Source of the DNA: Dehalococcoidia bacterium
GTDB taxonomy: Bacteria > Chloroflexota > Dehalococcoidia > UBA2979
Direction of reading: 5' to 3'
NCBI GenBank assembly: GCA_965262725.1
Contig: OZ253555.1
Location: 1,536,001 to 1,600,000 of the forward strand
Length of the DNA stretch: 64,000 nucleotides
Shown here one piece after another: positions 25,320-39,113 of this stretch (positions within the stretch are counted from its first letter, which is position 1; each line of letters opens with the position of its first letter). The notes beneath the pieces are model-generated. The model saw nothing but the letters and a program-made list of their open reading frames with translations. It made no database searches and was not told the origin of the DNA. Both the position numbers and the translations under genes were made by a program.

Positions 25320-26849
25320 GTGACGAATGCTCCGACACCGCCCGACATCAGCGAATCCGGCCAGCAACCGTCTGGCGGGGTCGACCCCCAGGCATCGGTC
25401 ACGACCGGGTCGCAGGATGGGGGCGATGCACGCGCCCAAGACCTGTCTCCCGATCCCTGGGGCGCCGACAGCGCGATGCCGGACGAAATGGATATGGCGG
25501 CCCTGCTCGACAGCACCACTGTCGGACAGCCGCGTCAGCTCAAGCGGGGTGACGTGCTCGAGGGTGTCGTCATGAGCGTCGAGCGTGACGGCCTGCTCGT
25601 CGATATCGGCTTTAAGTCCGAGGGCATCGTCCCCACCGGTGAGATGCACTCACTCGGCTCCGAGCCACTCTCCAAGATCACCGCCGGAGACAAGGTGCAC
25701 GTCTTCGTCGTGCAGCCGGAGACCTCCGACGGGCAGGTCGGTCTCTCTGTCGATCGGGCGCGTGGCGAGCAGGGATGGATGGTCCTGCAGGACCGCTTCG
25801 AGAGCGGGGAGATCTTCGACGCCGAGATCACCGGATACAACAAGGGCGGCCTGCTCGCCAACGTCGAGGGCGTGAACGCGTTCATCCCGATGTCGCAGGT
25901 CGTCGGCGCGAAGCCGGGCAGCGATAGCACCAACCCGCTCTCGGCTCAGGTGGGCCGAGCGATGCGACTCAAGGTCATCGAGATCAACAGACGTCGCAAC
26001 CGCGTGATCCTCTCGGAGCGTGCGGCGATGCAGGAGTGGCGCGCCGAGCAGAAGGACCGGCTACTTGAGGAGTTGACCGAGGGAGAGATCCGGACGGGAA
26101 CCGTCACCTCCATTCGCAACTTCGGCGTCTTCGTGGACCTCGGAGGGGCGGACGGGCTCGTTCACCTCTCCGAGCTCTCGTGGGACCGCAACGCCTCCCC
26201 CGAGGACCTCTTCAAAGTCAACGACCCGGTCTCCGTCTACGTGATGAAGGTGGATCAGGAGAGCAAGAAGATCGCGCTCTCCATCCGCCGCGCCTCACCG
26301 GAGCAGTGGGAGGAGCTCATCACGCGCTATGCCGTGGGCGATGTGGTCCCCGGCGTCGTGACGAAGATCGTGCCGTTCGGCGCCTTCACCCGTCTGCCCG
26401 GCCCCGTGGAGGGCCTTGTGCACGTATCGGAGGTCGTCGACAGGCGGATCGCCCGCCCCGATGAGGTCCTCAGCGAGGGAGACGTCGTACCGGTGAAGAT
26501 CGTGCGCATCGAGCATGACCGGCACCGTCTCGGCCTCTCCCTGCGCGAGTCCCGCCGCGAGGCGGAGCTACGTGGGTGGGTGTTCGATGACGACGGCCGC
26601 GTCGTGGGAATCGGCGCGGACGGGTCCGAGGAGTTCCCGCAGGAGTCCGCGACCGCCACGGAGCGGCTCGCGCCGCTCCGGCAGGGACTCCAGGAGCGTC
26701 GCGCGCAGCGTGAGGAGCAGGCCCCCGCGAGCGCGGCAGCGGCCGAGCGCGGTGGGCCGGCCACCGACGAGGGCCCCGTCCTGACCGCGATGCAGGCCGC
26801 GATGCGACTGGCGCAGGAACAGCTCGAAGCGGAGAGCGAGGAGCCCTAG
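25320..26849 (+). CDS. rpsA: 30S ribosomal protein S1 (four S1 domains)
   Basis: VDIGFKSEG, NKGGL, FG.FVDLGG.DGLVHLSELSW and FGAF..L...VEGLVH.SE. AGGAGG RBS. Confidence 0.93.
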   Translation: MTNAPTPPDISESGQQPSGGVDPQASVTTGSQDGGDARAQDLSPDPWGADSAMPDEMDMAALLDSTTVGQPRQLKRGDVLEGVVMSVERDGLLVDIGFKSEGIVPTGEMHSLGSEPLSKITAGDKVHVFVVQPETSDGQVGLSVDRARGEQGWMVLQDRFESGEIFDAEITGYNKGGLLANVEGVNAFIPMSQVVGAKPGSDSTNPLSAQVGRAMRLKVIEINRRRNRVILSERAAMQEWRAEQKDRLLEELTEGEIRTGTVTSIRNFGVFVDLGGADGLVHLSELSWDRNASPEDLFKVNDPVSVYVMKVDQESKKIALSIRRASPEQWEELITRYAVGDVVPGVVTKIVPFGAFTRLPGPVEGLVHVSEVVDRRIARPDEVLSEGDVVPVKIVRIEHDRHRLGLSLRESRREAELRGWVFDDDGRVVGIGADGSEEFPQESATATERLAPLRQGLQERRAQREEQAPASAAAAERGGPATDEGPVLTAMQAAMRLAQEQLEAESEEP

Positions 26850-27074
26850 GCCTCCCCGGCCCGCCGCCCTCGCCCGATTCCCTCGCAGGGGACCCGTAGC
26901 TACCGCCGGAAGAGGGCGCCCCTCCTGCGTTCGTGCCCCCGGCGGATGTGCCGTCGAGCGGGCGGGCGCCACGACCCAGCCGTGCGGCCGAGGCGGCCCG
27001 GGCGTCCCGTCCCGTCTCGATCGTGCCGAATGCGCCGTGGTAGCCTGAATTGTGAGAACGGACGGAGTCACCTG

Positions 27075-29591
27075 ATGGCCGACCGGTTCGACAAGTTCAC
27101 CGAGCGCGCGCGGCGCGTCCTGACGCTGGCTCAGGAGGAGGCCCAGCGCTTCAACCACAACTACATCGGCACCGAGCACCTGCTGCTGGGTCTCGTCCGC
27201 GAGGGCGACGGCGTCGCTGCGAAGGTGCTGTCCAACCTGGGTGTCGACCTCAACAAGGTGCGCTCGGCGGTCGAGTTCATCATCGGGCGGGGCGACCGCA
27301 GCGGAACGGGCGAGATCGGCCTCACGCCGCGTGCGAAGAAGGTCATCGAGCTGGCCGTCGACGAGGCCCGCCGTCTGAACCACTCCTACATCGGAACGGA
27401 GCATCTCTTGCTGGGCCTCGTCCGCGAGGGCGAGGGAGTCGCGGCCGGCGTGCTCGAGAGCCTCGGCGTGAACCTCGAGAGGGTGCGCGGCGAGACCACA
27501 CGGATCCTCGCACAGACGCAGCCTCAGCAGTCCCGCGCGGCGGTCGGCCAGCGCCAGGCACGCACGCCGACACTGGACCAGCTCGGCGTCGACCTCACGG
27601 CGGCCGCGCGCTCGGGTCAGCTCGATCCGGTCGTCGGTCGCGAGACCGAGATCGAGCGTGTCATCCAAATCCTCTCTCGGCGCACCAAGAACAACCCGGT
27701 GCTGATCGGCGAGCCGGGTGTCGGCAAGACGTCGGTGGCGGAGGGGCTGGCCCACCTCATCGTGGCGGGGGATGTCCCGGACACGTTGCTGAACAGGCGG
27801 ATGCTCACGCTCGACATCGGGCTCTTGGTCGCGGGCACGAAGTACCGCGGGGAGTTCGAGGAGCGCCTGAAGAAGGTCATCGAGGAGATCAAGAGCGCGC
27901 AGAACTGCATCGTCTTCATCGACGAGCTCCACATGCTCGTGGGCGCCGGCGCGGCCGAGGGCGCCGTCGATGCGGCCAACATCCTGAAGCCTGCGCTGGC
28001 GAGGGGTGAGATCCAGGCGATCGGCGCGACCACGCTCGACGAGTACCGCAAGCACATTGAGCGGGACGCGGCGCTCGAGCGGCGCTTCCAGCCCGTACGC
28101 GTCGACGAGCCGACGACCGAGGAGACGATCGACATCCTGAAGGGCGTGCGTGGCGCCTACGAGGAGCACCACAAGCTCTCGATCTCCGACGAGGCGATTC
28201 ACGCCGCGGCAGAGCTTTCCTCGCGCTACGTCTCCGATCGCTTCCTCCCGGACAAGGCGATCGACCTGATGGACGAGGCGTCGGCGCGGGTGCGCATCCG
28301 CCGCTACTCAACACCCCCCCCCGTGAGGGAGGCGACGAGGGGCCTCGAGGCGATCCGCCGCGAGAAGGACCAGTCGATCGCCAACCAGCAGTACGAGTAC
28401 GCCGCCGAGCTCCGTGAGCGCGAGGTGCAGCTGCAGGCGAAGCTCGAGGAGCTTGAGCGCGAGGTCCAGGACGAGCGCGACCAGGACGAGGCGATCGTCA
28501 GCGAGGAGGACATCCGCGATGTCGTCTCGATGTGGACGGGTATACCCCTCTCGCGTCTCGCCTCGGAGGAGTCCGCCCGGTTGCTCGAGATGGACCAGTA
28601 CCTGCGCGACCGCGTAGTCGGGCAGGGTGAGGCGGTCACCGCCGTCGCCAGGGCCGTGCGCCGCGCGCGAGCGGGTCTCAAGGACCCGAAGCGGCCGATC
28701 GGCGTCTTCCTCTTCCTCGGACCGACCGGCGTGGGCAAGACCTACCTGGCGGAGACGCTCGGCGAGTTCATGTTCGGCTCGCGCGACAACATCGTGCGGC
28801 TCGATATGTCCGAGTTCATGGAGAAGCACAACGTCTCGCGGTTGGTCGGCTCACCACCCGGATATGTGGGATACGACGACGGCGGGCAGCTCACCGACCT
28901 GGTGAGGCGCCGCTCCTACTGCCTGATACTGCTCGATGAGGTCGAGAAGGCGCATCCGGACGTCTTCAACATGCTGCTGCAGATCTTCGACGACGGGCAC
29001 CTCTCGGATGCGAAGGGTCGCAAGGTCGACTTCCGCAACACGATCCTCATCATGACCTCGAACGTCGGGTCGGACATGATCCGCAAGAACACGCGGGTCG
29101 GCTTCGAGACGGCGCAGGACGAGGTGAAGACGGCCGAGGGGCAGTACGACCGGATGAAGGACCGCGTGATGGAGGAGGTCAAGCGCGTCTTCCGCCCGGA
29201 GTTCCTGAACCGCATCGACCAGAGCGTGGTGTTCCACCCCCTGCTCAAGGACCATATCCGGGAGATCGTGGACCTCGAGCTGGCCGACCTGCGCACCAAC
29301 CTGCGGGAGAAGGAGATGCAGCTCATCACGACGGAGGCGCTGCTGGATCACCTCGGCGAGAAGGGTTTCGACCCGGTGTTCGGGGCGCGGCCGCTGCGTC
29401 GGGTGATCCAGGACCAGGTGGAGGATCGCCTCTCCGACGCGTTGATCGAGGGCAGCTACGATCCGGGAGACACGATCCGTGCCGATTACCAGGACAGCGA
29501 GGTGATCTTCGAGCGCATGCCGCGCGAGGAGGCCACCGAGCAGGCCCCGGAGACGCCGCCCGAGGAGCAGGAAGCCGTCCTCGCTCCGTAG
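27075..29591 (+). CDS. clpC: ATP-dependent Clp protease ATPase ClpC
   Basis: [13 protein letters not shown]-domain repeats, GEPGVGKT, a short UVR-type M-domain (QYEYAAELR) and GPTGVGKT. Confidence 0.96.
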   Translation: MADRFDKFTERARRVLTLAQEEAQRFNHNYIGTEHLLLGLVREGDGVAAKVLSNLGVDLNKVRSAVEFIIGRGDRSGTGEIGLTPRAKKVIELAVDEARRLNHSYIGTEHLLLGLVREGEGVAAGVLESLGVNLERVRGETTRILAQTQPQQSRAAVGQRQARTPTLDQLGVDLTAAARSGQLDPVVGRETEIERVIQILSRRTKNNPVLIGEPGVGKTSVAEGLAHLIVAGDVPDTLLNRRMLTLDIGLLVAGTKYRGEFEERLKKVIEEIKSAQNCIVFIDELHMLVGAGAAEGAVDAANILKPALARGEIQAIGATTLDEYRKHIERDAALERRFQPVRVDEPTTEETIDILKGVRGAYEEHHKLSISDEAIHAAAELSSRYVSDRFLPDKAIDLMDEASARVRIRRYSTPPPVREATRGLEAIRREKDQSIANQQYEYAAELREREVQLQAKLEELEREVQDERDQDEAIVSEEDIRDVVSMWTGIPLSRLASEESARLLEMDQYLRDRVVGQGEAVTAVARAVRRARAGLKDPKRPIGVFLFLGPTGVGKTYLAETLGEFMFGSRDNIVRLDMSEFMEKHNVSRLVGSPPGYVGYDDGGQLTDLVRRRSYCLILLDEVEKAHPDVFNMLLQIFDDGHLSDAKGRKVDFRNTILIMTSNVGSDMIRKNTRVGFETAQDEVKTAEGQYDRMKDRVMEEVKRVFRPEFLNRIDQSVVFHPLLKDHIREIVDLELADLRTNLREKEMQLITTEALLDHLGEKGFDPVFGARPLRRVIQDQVEDRLSDALIEGSYDPGDTIRADYQDSEVIFERMPREEATEQAPETPPEEQEAVLAP

Positions 29592-29650
29592 CGCGCTCGC
29601 CGAGCCATGCCGGGTGTCCGGGGTGTGTGCGCGGTCGTCGCGCCGTCGCC

Positions 29651-30754
29651 CTAACGTCGCCAGCGCTCAGCGGTCCACTGCTCCCGGGAACTCGGCGGCT
29701 CTCGCGCCGCCACGCTCGCTATCAAGCCAGCGGCGAGCGCCAGCGCGACGAGCGCCGACCCCCCCTGCGAGACGAAGGGGAGGGGGATTCCGGTCGCCGG
29801 CAGCAGCCGCAGGTTGACGGCGACATGGACGGTCGCCTGCGCGAAGATCACGGCCGTGAGCCCTGCCGCGAGCACTCTCCCGAGCCGGTCCGGCGCGCGA
29901 GCGGCGGCCACGATCCCCCGGTATGCGATCGTCACGAGCAGGGCCAGCACGCCCGCCGCACCCAACAGGCCCAGCTGTTCGCCGACGAGGGCGAAGACGA
30001 AATCCGACGAGCGCGCGGGCACGAAGGCGAGTGCGGATTCGGTCAGGGGCAGCAGGCCGCGCCCGGTGAGCCCGCCGGAGCCCAGAGCCAGCTCCACCTG
30101 GCTCAGCGTGAAGCCGCTCCCCAGCGGGTCGCGATCGGGATCGACAAAGGTCGCGATGCGCTCGCGCTGGTAGTCGGGCACGGCCAGGGCGAACATGACC
30201 GGCGCCACGGCGAGCGTCGTGACCGCGACGCCGGCGAGCGTCCGCCAGGCTGCGCCCCAGGTGACGACGATCGCGACCCAGACGGCGAGGAGCACGAGAG
30301 CGGTCCCGGCGTCGGGCTGCAGCGCGACGAGCGCGAACGGCGGCCCCACCAGTGCCAGCGAGACGAGGAGCGGACGAGGCGACGGCGGCCGCGCCGCCGC
30401 GAACGCGGCGAGGGCGGCGACGAGCGCGACCTTCGCGAACTCGGATGGCTGCACCGTCGACCCGCCGACCCCGAGCCAGCGCTGCGACCCGAACTCGGTC
30501 TGGCCGATGGCGAGCACCGCTCCGAGCGCGCCGAGGGCGAGCACGTAGGCGACGACGGGCAGAGGCGGTGCGCAGAGCTGCCGGTAGTCGAGGCGGGCCA
30601 GGGTGAGGAGCGCCGCGAGCGCAGCGGCTGCGAAGATCGCCTGGCGCGCGCCGCTGTCGCTGCTGACGGCCGCCATGAGCACGCCGAGAGAGAGCAGCCC
30701 CGCCACCGCGCCGGTCAGCCAGCCGTCCAACCGCCAGCCGAGCCAGGCGATCAC
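29651..30754 (-). CDS. rodA: SEDS family rod-shape protein RodA
   Basis: G.QRW, QPSEFAK, QPDAGTA, YQRERI..F, DFVF...GEQ.G and TGIPLPF.S.GGS. The GTG overlaps the mrdA stop. Confidence 0.9.
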   Translation of the reverse strand: MIAWLGWRLDGWLTGAVAGLLSLGVLMAAVSSDSGARQAIFAAAALAALLTLARLDYRQLCAPPLPVVAYVLALGALGAVLAIGQTEFGSQRWLGVGGSTVQPSEFAKVALVAALAAFAAARPPSPRPLLVSLALVGPPFALVALQPDAGTALVLLAVWVAIVVTWGAAWRTLAGVAVTTLAVAPVMFALAVPDYQRERIATFVDPDRDPLGSGFTLSQVELALGSGGLTGRGLLPLTESALAFVPARSSDFVFALVGEQLGLLGAAGVLALLVTIAYRGIVAAARAPDRLGRVLAAGLTAVIFAQATVHVAVNLRLLPATGIPLPFVSQGGSALVALALAAGLIASVAAREPPSSREQWTAERWRR

Positions 30755-32682
30755 TGCGTGGTCGCCGGGGACGACTGCACTCGCCGGTCGGAGTCCGCGT
30801 AAGCCTCCAGGATCTCCCGGGCCACCGGTGCGGCGTTCCGTGAGCCGATTCCGTGCTCCAGGTAAACGACGATGGCGATCTCGGGCCTCTCGTACGGCGC
30901 CCACCCGAGATACCAGGCGTGGGTGTCGTGGGTCCCGTCCGCGTGGGCGATGCCGAACTCGGCGGTGCCGGTCTTGCCGACAATCGTCATCCCCTCAGGC
31001 TCTCCGTCGACCGCCGTGCCGCCCGGGTCGGCCGCGACTCTCAGCGCGTTTGCCACGACCGCGATCTCTTTGGCGCCGGCCGGAAGCCGCGAGGCGACGG
31101 TGGGGGGGAGCGCGCGCACGCCGTCATCGCCGCGGGTTGCTCCGACGACTCGCGGCACGAGCACGTCGCCCCCGTTCGCGAGCGCCGCGGCGGCGACCGC
31201 CATCTGCAGCGGTGTGACCGAGAGATAGCCCTGGCCGATCCCGAGCGTGTAGGTGTCTCCGAGGAACCAGGGTTCGCCGGTCGCTTCGCGCTTCCACGCA
31301 GGATCGGGGACGAGCCCCGACGCCTCCCCGGGCAGGTCGATGCCCGTCGGGCTCCCGAGGCCGAACGCGCGCGCGTAGCTCGCCACGCGCTCCACGCCCA
31401 GGCCCTCGAAGATCTGCTTGCCGTCCTCCGCGTAGCCGCCGGCGAGGTAGTAGTAGTAGACGTCGGACGACCGCGCGAGCCCCCGGGTAAAGTCGAGTGA
31501 GCCGTGGATGGTCCAGTCCCCGAAGACGTAGGTGATCTCGGGGCTAAACTCGTCCTGCACCGTGATCGAGCCCGTGCTGACGATGCGGGTCTCGGGCGTG
31601 GCGACCTCCTCGATGAGCGCCGCGACCCCGACGATCGGCTTGAAGATCGAACCCGGAGCGTTCACCTCCGCGAGCGTGCGGTCGACGAGCGGCCGCCTGG
31701 GGTCCTCGAGCAACATCGCGAACGCCTCGGCGTCGATTCCTCCCCCGGAAAAGACGCCGGCGTCGACGGTGGGGAGCGAGACGAGCGCCAGCAGGTCGCC
31801 ATTCCGCACGTCGAGGACGACGGCGGCTCCCACCGGCAGTGGCTCCGCGCGATCCGGGGGGTCGTCCGGCCGGGGTTCCGGCAACGCCACGCCGACGGCC
31901 CGCGCGAGCGCGTCGGCGGTCGCGCGCTGGAGCTCGGGGTCGATTGTCAGTACGAGGTCGACGCCGGGCGCCGAGAGCTGCTCGGCAAGGACCTCCAGGA
32001 CGCGCCCGGCGGGGGTCGCGGATACGAGCCGCCTGCCGGCTTCGCCGCGCAGAGCCTCCTCGTGCTCAAGTTCGACGCCCGAGAGCCCGACGCGGGCATC
32101 CAGCCGATAGCCTGCATCGAGGTACCAGTCGACTTCCTCCAGCGGGAGGGGCCCGACGTGGCCGAGGATACGCCCGTACAGGTCGCCGCCGCCGTAGACG
32201 CGAACCGTACGGGTCTGAATGGCGACGCCGGGGACGGCGGCGAGCGCGGCGCGCAGCCGAATCGCCTCCATCTCGCCGATGCCGCGGCGGATCGTGAGCG
32301 GGGCGAACGCATCGGGCGCCTCCCGACCGCGAGCGAGCAGGACCTCCAGCTCGGCGTAGGGGATCCCGAACTCACGCTCGATCGCGCGCAGCACGCCGAT
32401 CTCGACGGCGGGAGCGTCCGGAATATCGCCGGGAATCAGGACCAGCACGAGATCCGGAACATTGCGCACCAGCGTGTTGCCGTCGCGGTCGAGGATCAGC
32501 CCGCGGGGTGCGTCCACGCGCTCGATGCGGAGTACGCGACCGTCGATCTGCGCGCCGAGCGGCTCCTCCTCGACCAGCTGCATGCGGGCGAGCTGGAAAA
32601 GGAGCACGGTGATCACCATCAGTCCGATGATCGCGAGCAGCAGAAGACGGCCGAACGGGGGGAGGTCGGCGCGCTCGTTCAT
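30751..32682 (-). CDS. mrdA: Penicillin-binding protein 2
   Basis: APRG.I.DR, PGSIFK (SxxK), SSD (SxD), KTGTAE and HAWY. Confidence 0.92.
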   Translation of the reverse strand: MNERADLPPFGRLLLLAIIGLMVITVLLFQLARMQLVEEEPLGAQIDGRVLRIERVDAPRGLILDRDGNTLVRNVPDLVLVLIPGDIPDAPAVEIGVLRAIEREFGIPYAELEVLLARGREAPDAFAPLTIRRGIGEMEAIRLRAALAAVPGVAIQTRTVRVYGGGDLYGRILGHVGPLPLEEVDWYLDAGYRLDARVGLSGVELEHEEALRGEAGRRLVSATPAGRVLEVLAEQLSAPGVDLVLTIDPELQRATADALARAVGVALPEPRPDDPPDRAEPLPVGAAVVLDVRNGDLLALVSLPTVDAGVFSGGGIDAEAFAMLLEDPRRPLVDRTLAEVNAPGSIFKPIVGVAALIEEVATPETRIVSTGSITVQDEFSPEITYVFGDWTIHGSLDFTRGLARSSDVYYYYLAGGYAEDGKQIFEGLGVERVASYARAFGLGSPTGIDLPGEASGLVPDPAWKREATGEPWFLGDTYTLGIGQGYLSVTPLQMAVAAAALANGGDVLVPRVVGATRGDDGVRALPPTVASRLPAGAKEIAVVANALRVAADPGGTAVDGEPEGMTIVGKTGTAEFGIAHADGTHDTHAWYLGWAPYERPEIAIVVYLEHGIGSRNAAPVAREILEAYADSDRRVQSSPATTQ

Positions 32683-32686
32683 CGGC

Positions 32687-33295
32687 CTAGATGAAGAGCC
32701 CGCGACGCTCGCGCCGCAGCGGTCGCAGCAGCGGCGCGAGCACGGCGGCGAGCCCCGCGCTCCACACGGTGGTGGCCGCGATGCTCCTCAGGAGCTCCGG
32801 GAACAGCGCGACGTCTCCCGCGGCGAGCGTGAGCAGGGCCACGTAGGCGGCGGACCCGACTGCGGCGGAGACCGCGCCGAGCGCCGCGACGGTGAGGAGA
32901 GACACTCGTCCGTCGCGCAGGCCGTCGAGTTCGCCCCCCGGCCGGCTGCCGGGTGCCCGGCCGAGGCCGGCGCGCAGGGTGACCGCGGCGACGATCGTCG
33001 GAAGCAGCGCGAGCAGGAACCAGCCGACCCGCTCGCTTGACACCGCACCGAGCGCGGCGGCGGCGGCGACGGCGGCGGGAACGGTCTCGACGGGGTCGCG
33101 CGCCGATCCCCACGCGGCCACCAGCACGACCGGGAGCAGCGGGCTCGCGACCGCGAGCGGGCCGGCCGGGAACAGCGCGGCGATGAGGGAGATCTGCAGC
33201 ACGACGCACATGACGGCGACAGCCGCCGCGGCGATCGCCGCGGGGATGCTCGGGTCCGGCGCGACCCGCTCGCGATCGTTCAAGGTGGTGCTCAC
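32687..33295 (-). CDS. mreD: MreD-like membrane protein
   Basis: Multi-TM protein positioned between mreC and mrdA. The sequence is divergent. Confidence 0.6.
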   Translation of the reverse strand: MSTTLNDRERVAPDPSIPAAIAAAAVAVMCVVLQISLIAALFPAGPLAVASPLLPVVLVAAWGSARDPVETVPAAVAAAAALGAVSSERVGWFLLALLPTIVAAVTLRAGLGRAPGSRPGGELDGLRDGRVSLLTVAALGAVSAAVGSAAYVALLTLAAGDVALFPELLRSIAATTVWSAGLAAVLAPLLRPLRRERRGLFI

Positions 33296-34167
33296 GGCGC
33301 CGCCTCCGTGGTCGACGCTTGGGCGACCGGCTCCGTCAGGATCAGGAGTTGTTCCAGCCGGTTGTAGTCGATGAGTGCTTCCACCTCGATGGTGGCGAAG
33401 AGATCGTGCGGCTTCGTGTGGATGGCGGCGATACGGCCCGCGAGCAGCCCGGCCGGGAGCCGCCCGCCGAGCGCCGACGTGATCACGGCATCTCCCACGG
33501 CGACGGGTGCTCCCGGCGGGACGAACTCGAGGCGGAGTCCGTCCGCCGTGCCGGTGAGAGCCGCGGGCGTCCGCGAGCCCTGCACGACGCTTGTCACCGC
33601 CGAGCGGATGTCGATCAGCAGCCGTACGCGTGCGCTGCGCTCCTCGACGCCGGCGATGATGCCGACGAGCGTGGCCGCCGGGCCGAGCACGGGCTGCCCG
33701 GTGTACACGCCGTGTGCTCGCCCGCGATCGATCAGCAACTCCGCTCTCGTGGGGGATGGATCTCTTGCCAGCACCGAGGCGCTCACGACGTTCGGCGCCG
33801 CGTCTGCCGTCCCCGAGGCGGCGGCGCCTTGCGAGATCAGCCCCGCCGCCTCGACCGCCGTGAGCAGTTCCTCGACCTGGACGGTGGCGGCGCGCTCCTC
33901 GCGCAGAGCGGCGACCTCGGATGAGAGCCGCGCTAGCTCGCCCTTGAGCCGGACGTTCTCGGTGGCGAGCGCCCGCAGCTCCCCGGCGGAGAGCACGAAC
34001 TCCGCGACGGGGCGCACGGCAGCGTCGACCGTGCTGGCGACGCCGCCGAGCAGCGACCCGGCCCGCGCCTCTAGCCTCCCGGCGGCGGCGAGCGTCGAAG
34101 CGGCGAGCAGCAGCAGGGCGAGCAGAAGCGTCGCCGAGATCCAGGCCGCGCCTCGCGTCCCAGCCAC
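33292..34167 (-). CDS. mreC: Rod shape-determining protein MreC
   Basis: TM, coiled coil (EN.RL), IDRG...GV..G.PV and GD.VITS.LGG..P.GL..G.I. Confidence 0.88.
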   Translation of the reverse strand: MAGTRGAAWISATLLLALLLLAASTLAAAGRLEARAGSLLGGVASTVDAAVRPVAEFVLSAGELRALATENVRLKGELARLSSEVAALREERAATVQVEELLTAVEAAGLISQGAAASGTADAAPNVVSASVLARDPSPTRAELLIDRGRAHGVYTGQPVLGPAATLVGIIAGVEERSARVRLLIDIRSAVTSVVQGSRTPAALTGTADGLRLEFVPPGAPVAVGDAVITSALGGRLPAGLLAGRIAAIHTKPHDLFATIEVEALIDYNRLEQLLILTEPVAQASTTEAAP

Positions 34168-34245
34168 GTGCTCGTCTCCCCGGCCCTACGATAGCAGCCA
34201 GCGGCTGGGACCGATCCGCGACAGCGGCGAGAGTGGTTCACCGAG

Positions 34246-35306
34246 CTATCGTGGCGGCCGCCTGGTGGCGACCCCGGCCTGCACCTTCTCCAGCGTCGAC
34301 GCCTCGAGGAGCGCCTCGGCACTGCCCCGTACCACAGCACGCAGCGGGTCCTCTGCCACGTAGACGGGGAAGCGGGTCTCCGCGGCGATGCGGCGGTCGA
34401 GGCCCCTCAGCATCGATCCACCCCCGGCGAGCGCGATGCCGTGCATCATGAGGTCTGCGACCAGTTCGGGCGGGGTGACCTCGATGGTGGCGCGCACCGT
34501 GTTCACGAGCTCGTTCGTCACCGGCGAGAGCGCGTCGCGTAGCTCGACCGTTGAGATCTCGACCGCCTTCGGGAGTCCAGTCGCCAAATCGCGCCCCCGC
34601 AGCTCGACCGTCCCCTCCTCCTCGAGGGGGTAGGCGGATCCGGCCTCGATCTTCGCCGTCTCCGCGCTGCGCTCGCCGACCAGCATGTTGTGCACCTGGC
34701 GGGCGTAGGAGGTGATCGCCTGGTCCATGGCGTCGCCCGCCGCGCGTACCGAGCGCGAGACGATGATGCCGCCGAGCGCAATCACGGCGACCTCCGTGGT
34801 CCCTCCTCCGACGTCGACGATCATCGAGCCCGTCGGGCTCATCACCGGCAGCCCCGAGCCGATGGCCGCCGCCATCGGCTCCTCGATCAGGTAGGCGGAT
34901 CGCGCCCGGCCGCCAAAGCGGCGTCGTGCACGGCTCGCTTTTCGACCTCGGTCGCTCCCGAGGGGATACCGATCACGACCCGTGGCTTGGGGATGCCGAT
35001 GCCGAGACGGTCGTTCACCGAGCGGATAAAGTAATGGAGCATGCGCTCGGTGACGGCGAAATCCGAGATGACGCCGTCGCGAAGCGGCCGCACCGCCACG
35101 ATCGTCGCTGGCGTGCGCCCCACCATCCGCTTCGCCTCGTTCCCGATGGCGAGAATGCGCCTCGACCGGCGGTCAATCGCGACGACCGAGGGCTCGTCGA
35201 TGACGATCCCGCGCCCGCGCACGCTCACCAGCGTATTCGCGGTACCGAGGTCGATCCCGACGTCACGCGAGAACATCCCGAGGAAGCTGGATAGCAGGTT
35301 TATCAC
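34246..35306 (-). CDS. mreB: Rod shape-determining protein MreB, apparent 1-bp frameshift near 34905
   Basis: IDLGTANT, EPSVVA, RPLRDGVI and VDVGGGTTE. Adding one G to the GGG run restores AGARSAYLIEEPMAAAIG. Confidence 0.9.
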
Positions 35307-35427
35307 GGTGGCACCGATGGCCTAAAAATGCGCGCTGAGGCGGCTCCCAAGCACAGCGAGTATAGGGCCGCCCCGGCGGCCCCGTAAAACGGTCGCCGGG
35401 AGGCCCAGGCGACCCGCCGGCCGCTGG

Positions 35428-38365
<2,938 letters not shown>

Positions 38366-38375
38366 AGAGAGGGCC

Positions 38376-39101
38376 ATGGAAGTCATACCGGCTATCGACA
38401 TCCGGGACGGGAAGTGCGTGCGTCTCTACCAGGGCGACTACGCGCAGGAGACGGTGTTCTCCGAAGACCCGGTGGGCATGGCGGTCCGCTGGGCCGGGCT
38501 GGGCGCGCGGTGGATCCACATCGTCGACCTCGACGGTGCGCGCGGCGGGCGGCAGGCGAACGCGGCGATCGTGGCGCGCATCGTGAACGGCGTGCCGGCT
38601 GCCGTGCAGACCGGAGGGGGCATCCGCGACTTGAATGCGGTGCGCGCGACGCTCGCCGCCGGTGTGAACCGGGTGGTGCTCGGAACCGCGGCGGTGAAGG
38701 CGCCAGCGCTGGTGCGCGACGCGGTGGCGGTCGCCTCGTCTCAACTCGTCGTCTCCGTCGACGCGCGCGACGGGATCGTCCAACTCGAGGGCTGGACCGA
38801 ATCTTCCGACCGCGACGCTCTCTCGCTCATCCGGCAGCTCGCCGATCTCGGCGTGCAGCGCATCGTCTACACGGACATCCAACGCGACGGCACCACGCAG
38901 GGCCCGAATTTTGAGATGTACGAGCACATCGCCTCCGAGAGCTCGGTCGCCGTGATCGCTGCTGGCGGCATCAGCTCTGTGGAGGACGTGCGCCGGCTCG
39001 CCGACTGCGGGGTGGAGGCGGCGATCATCGGGCGCGTGCTCTACACCGGCCAGGTGCGGCTCGCCGACGCGATGTCCGCCGCCGCCGCGCCGGCCGGGTA
39101 G
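38376..39101 (+). CDS. hisA: ProFAR isomerase
   Basis: IPAIDI.DGKCVRL.QG, H.VDLDGA, GGGIR and TDI.RDG. Confidence 0.95.
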   Translation: MEVIPAIDIRDGKCVRLYQGDYAQETVFSEDPVGMAVRWAGLGARWIHIVDLDGARGGRQANAAIVARIVNGVPAAVQTGGGIRDLNAVRATLAAGVNRVVLGTAAVKAPALVRDAVAVASSQLVVSVDARDGIVQLEGWTESSDRDALSLIRQLADLGVQRIVYTDIQRDGTTQGPNFEMYEHIASESSVAVIAAGGISSVEDVRRLADCGVEAAIIGRVLYTGQVRLADAMSAAAAPAG

Positions 39102-39113
39102 GGTGCCGGGGCC

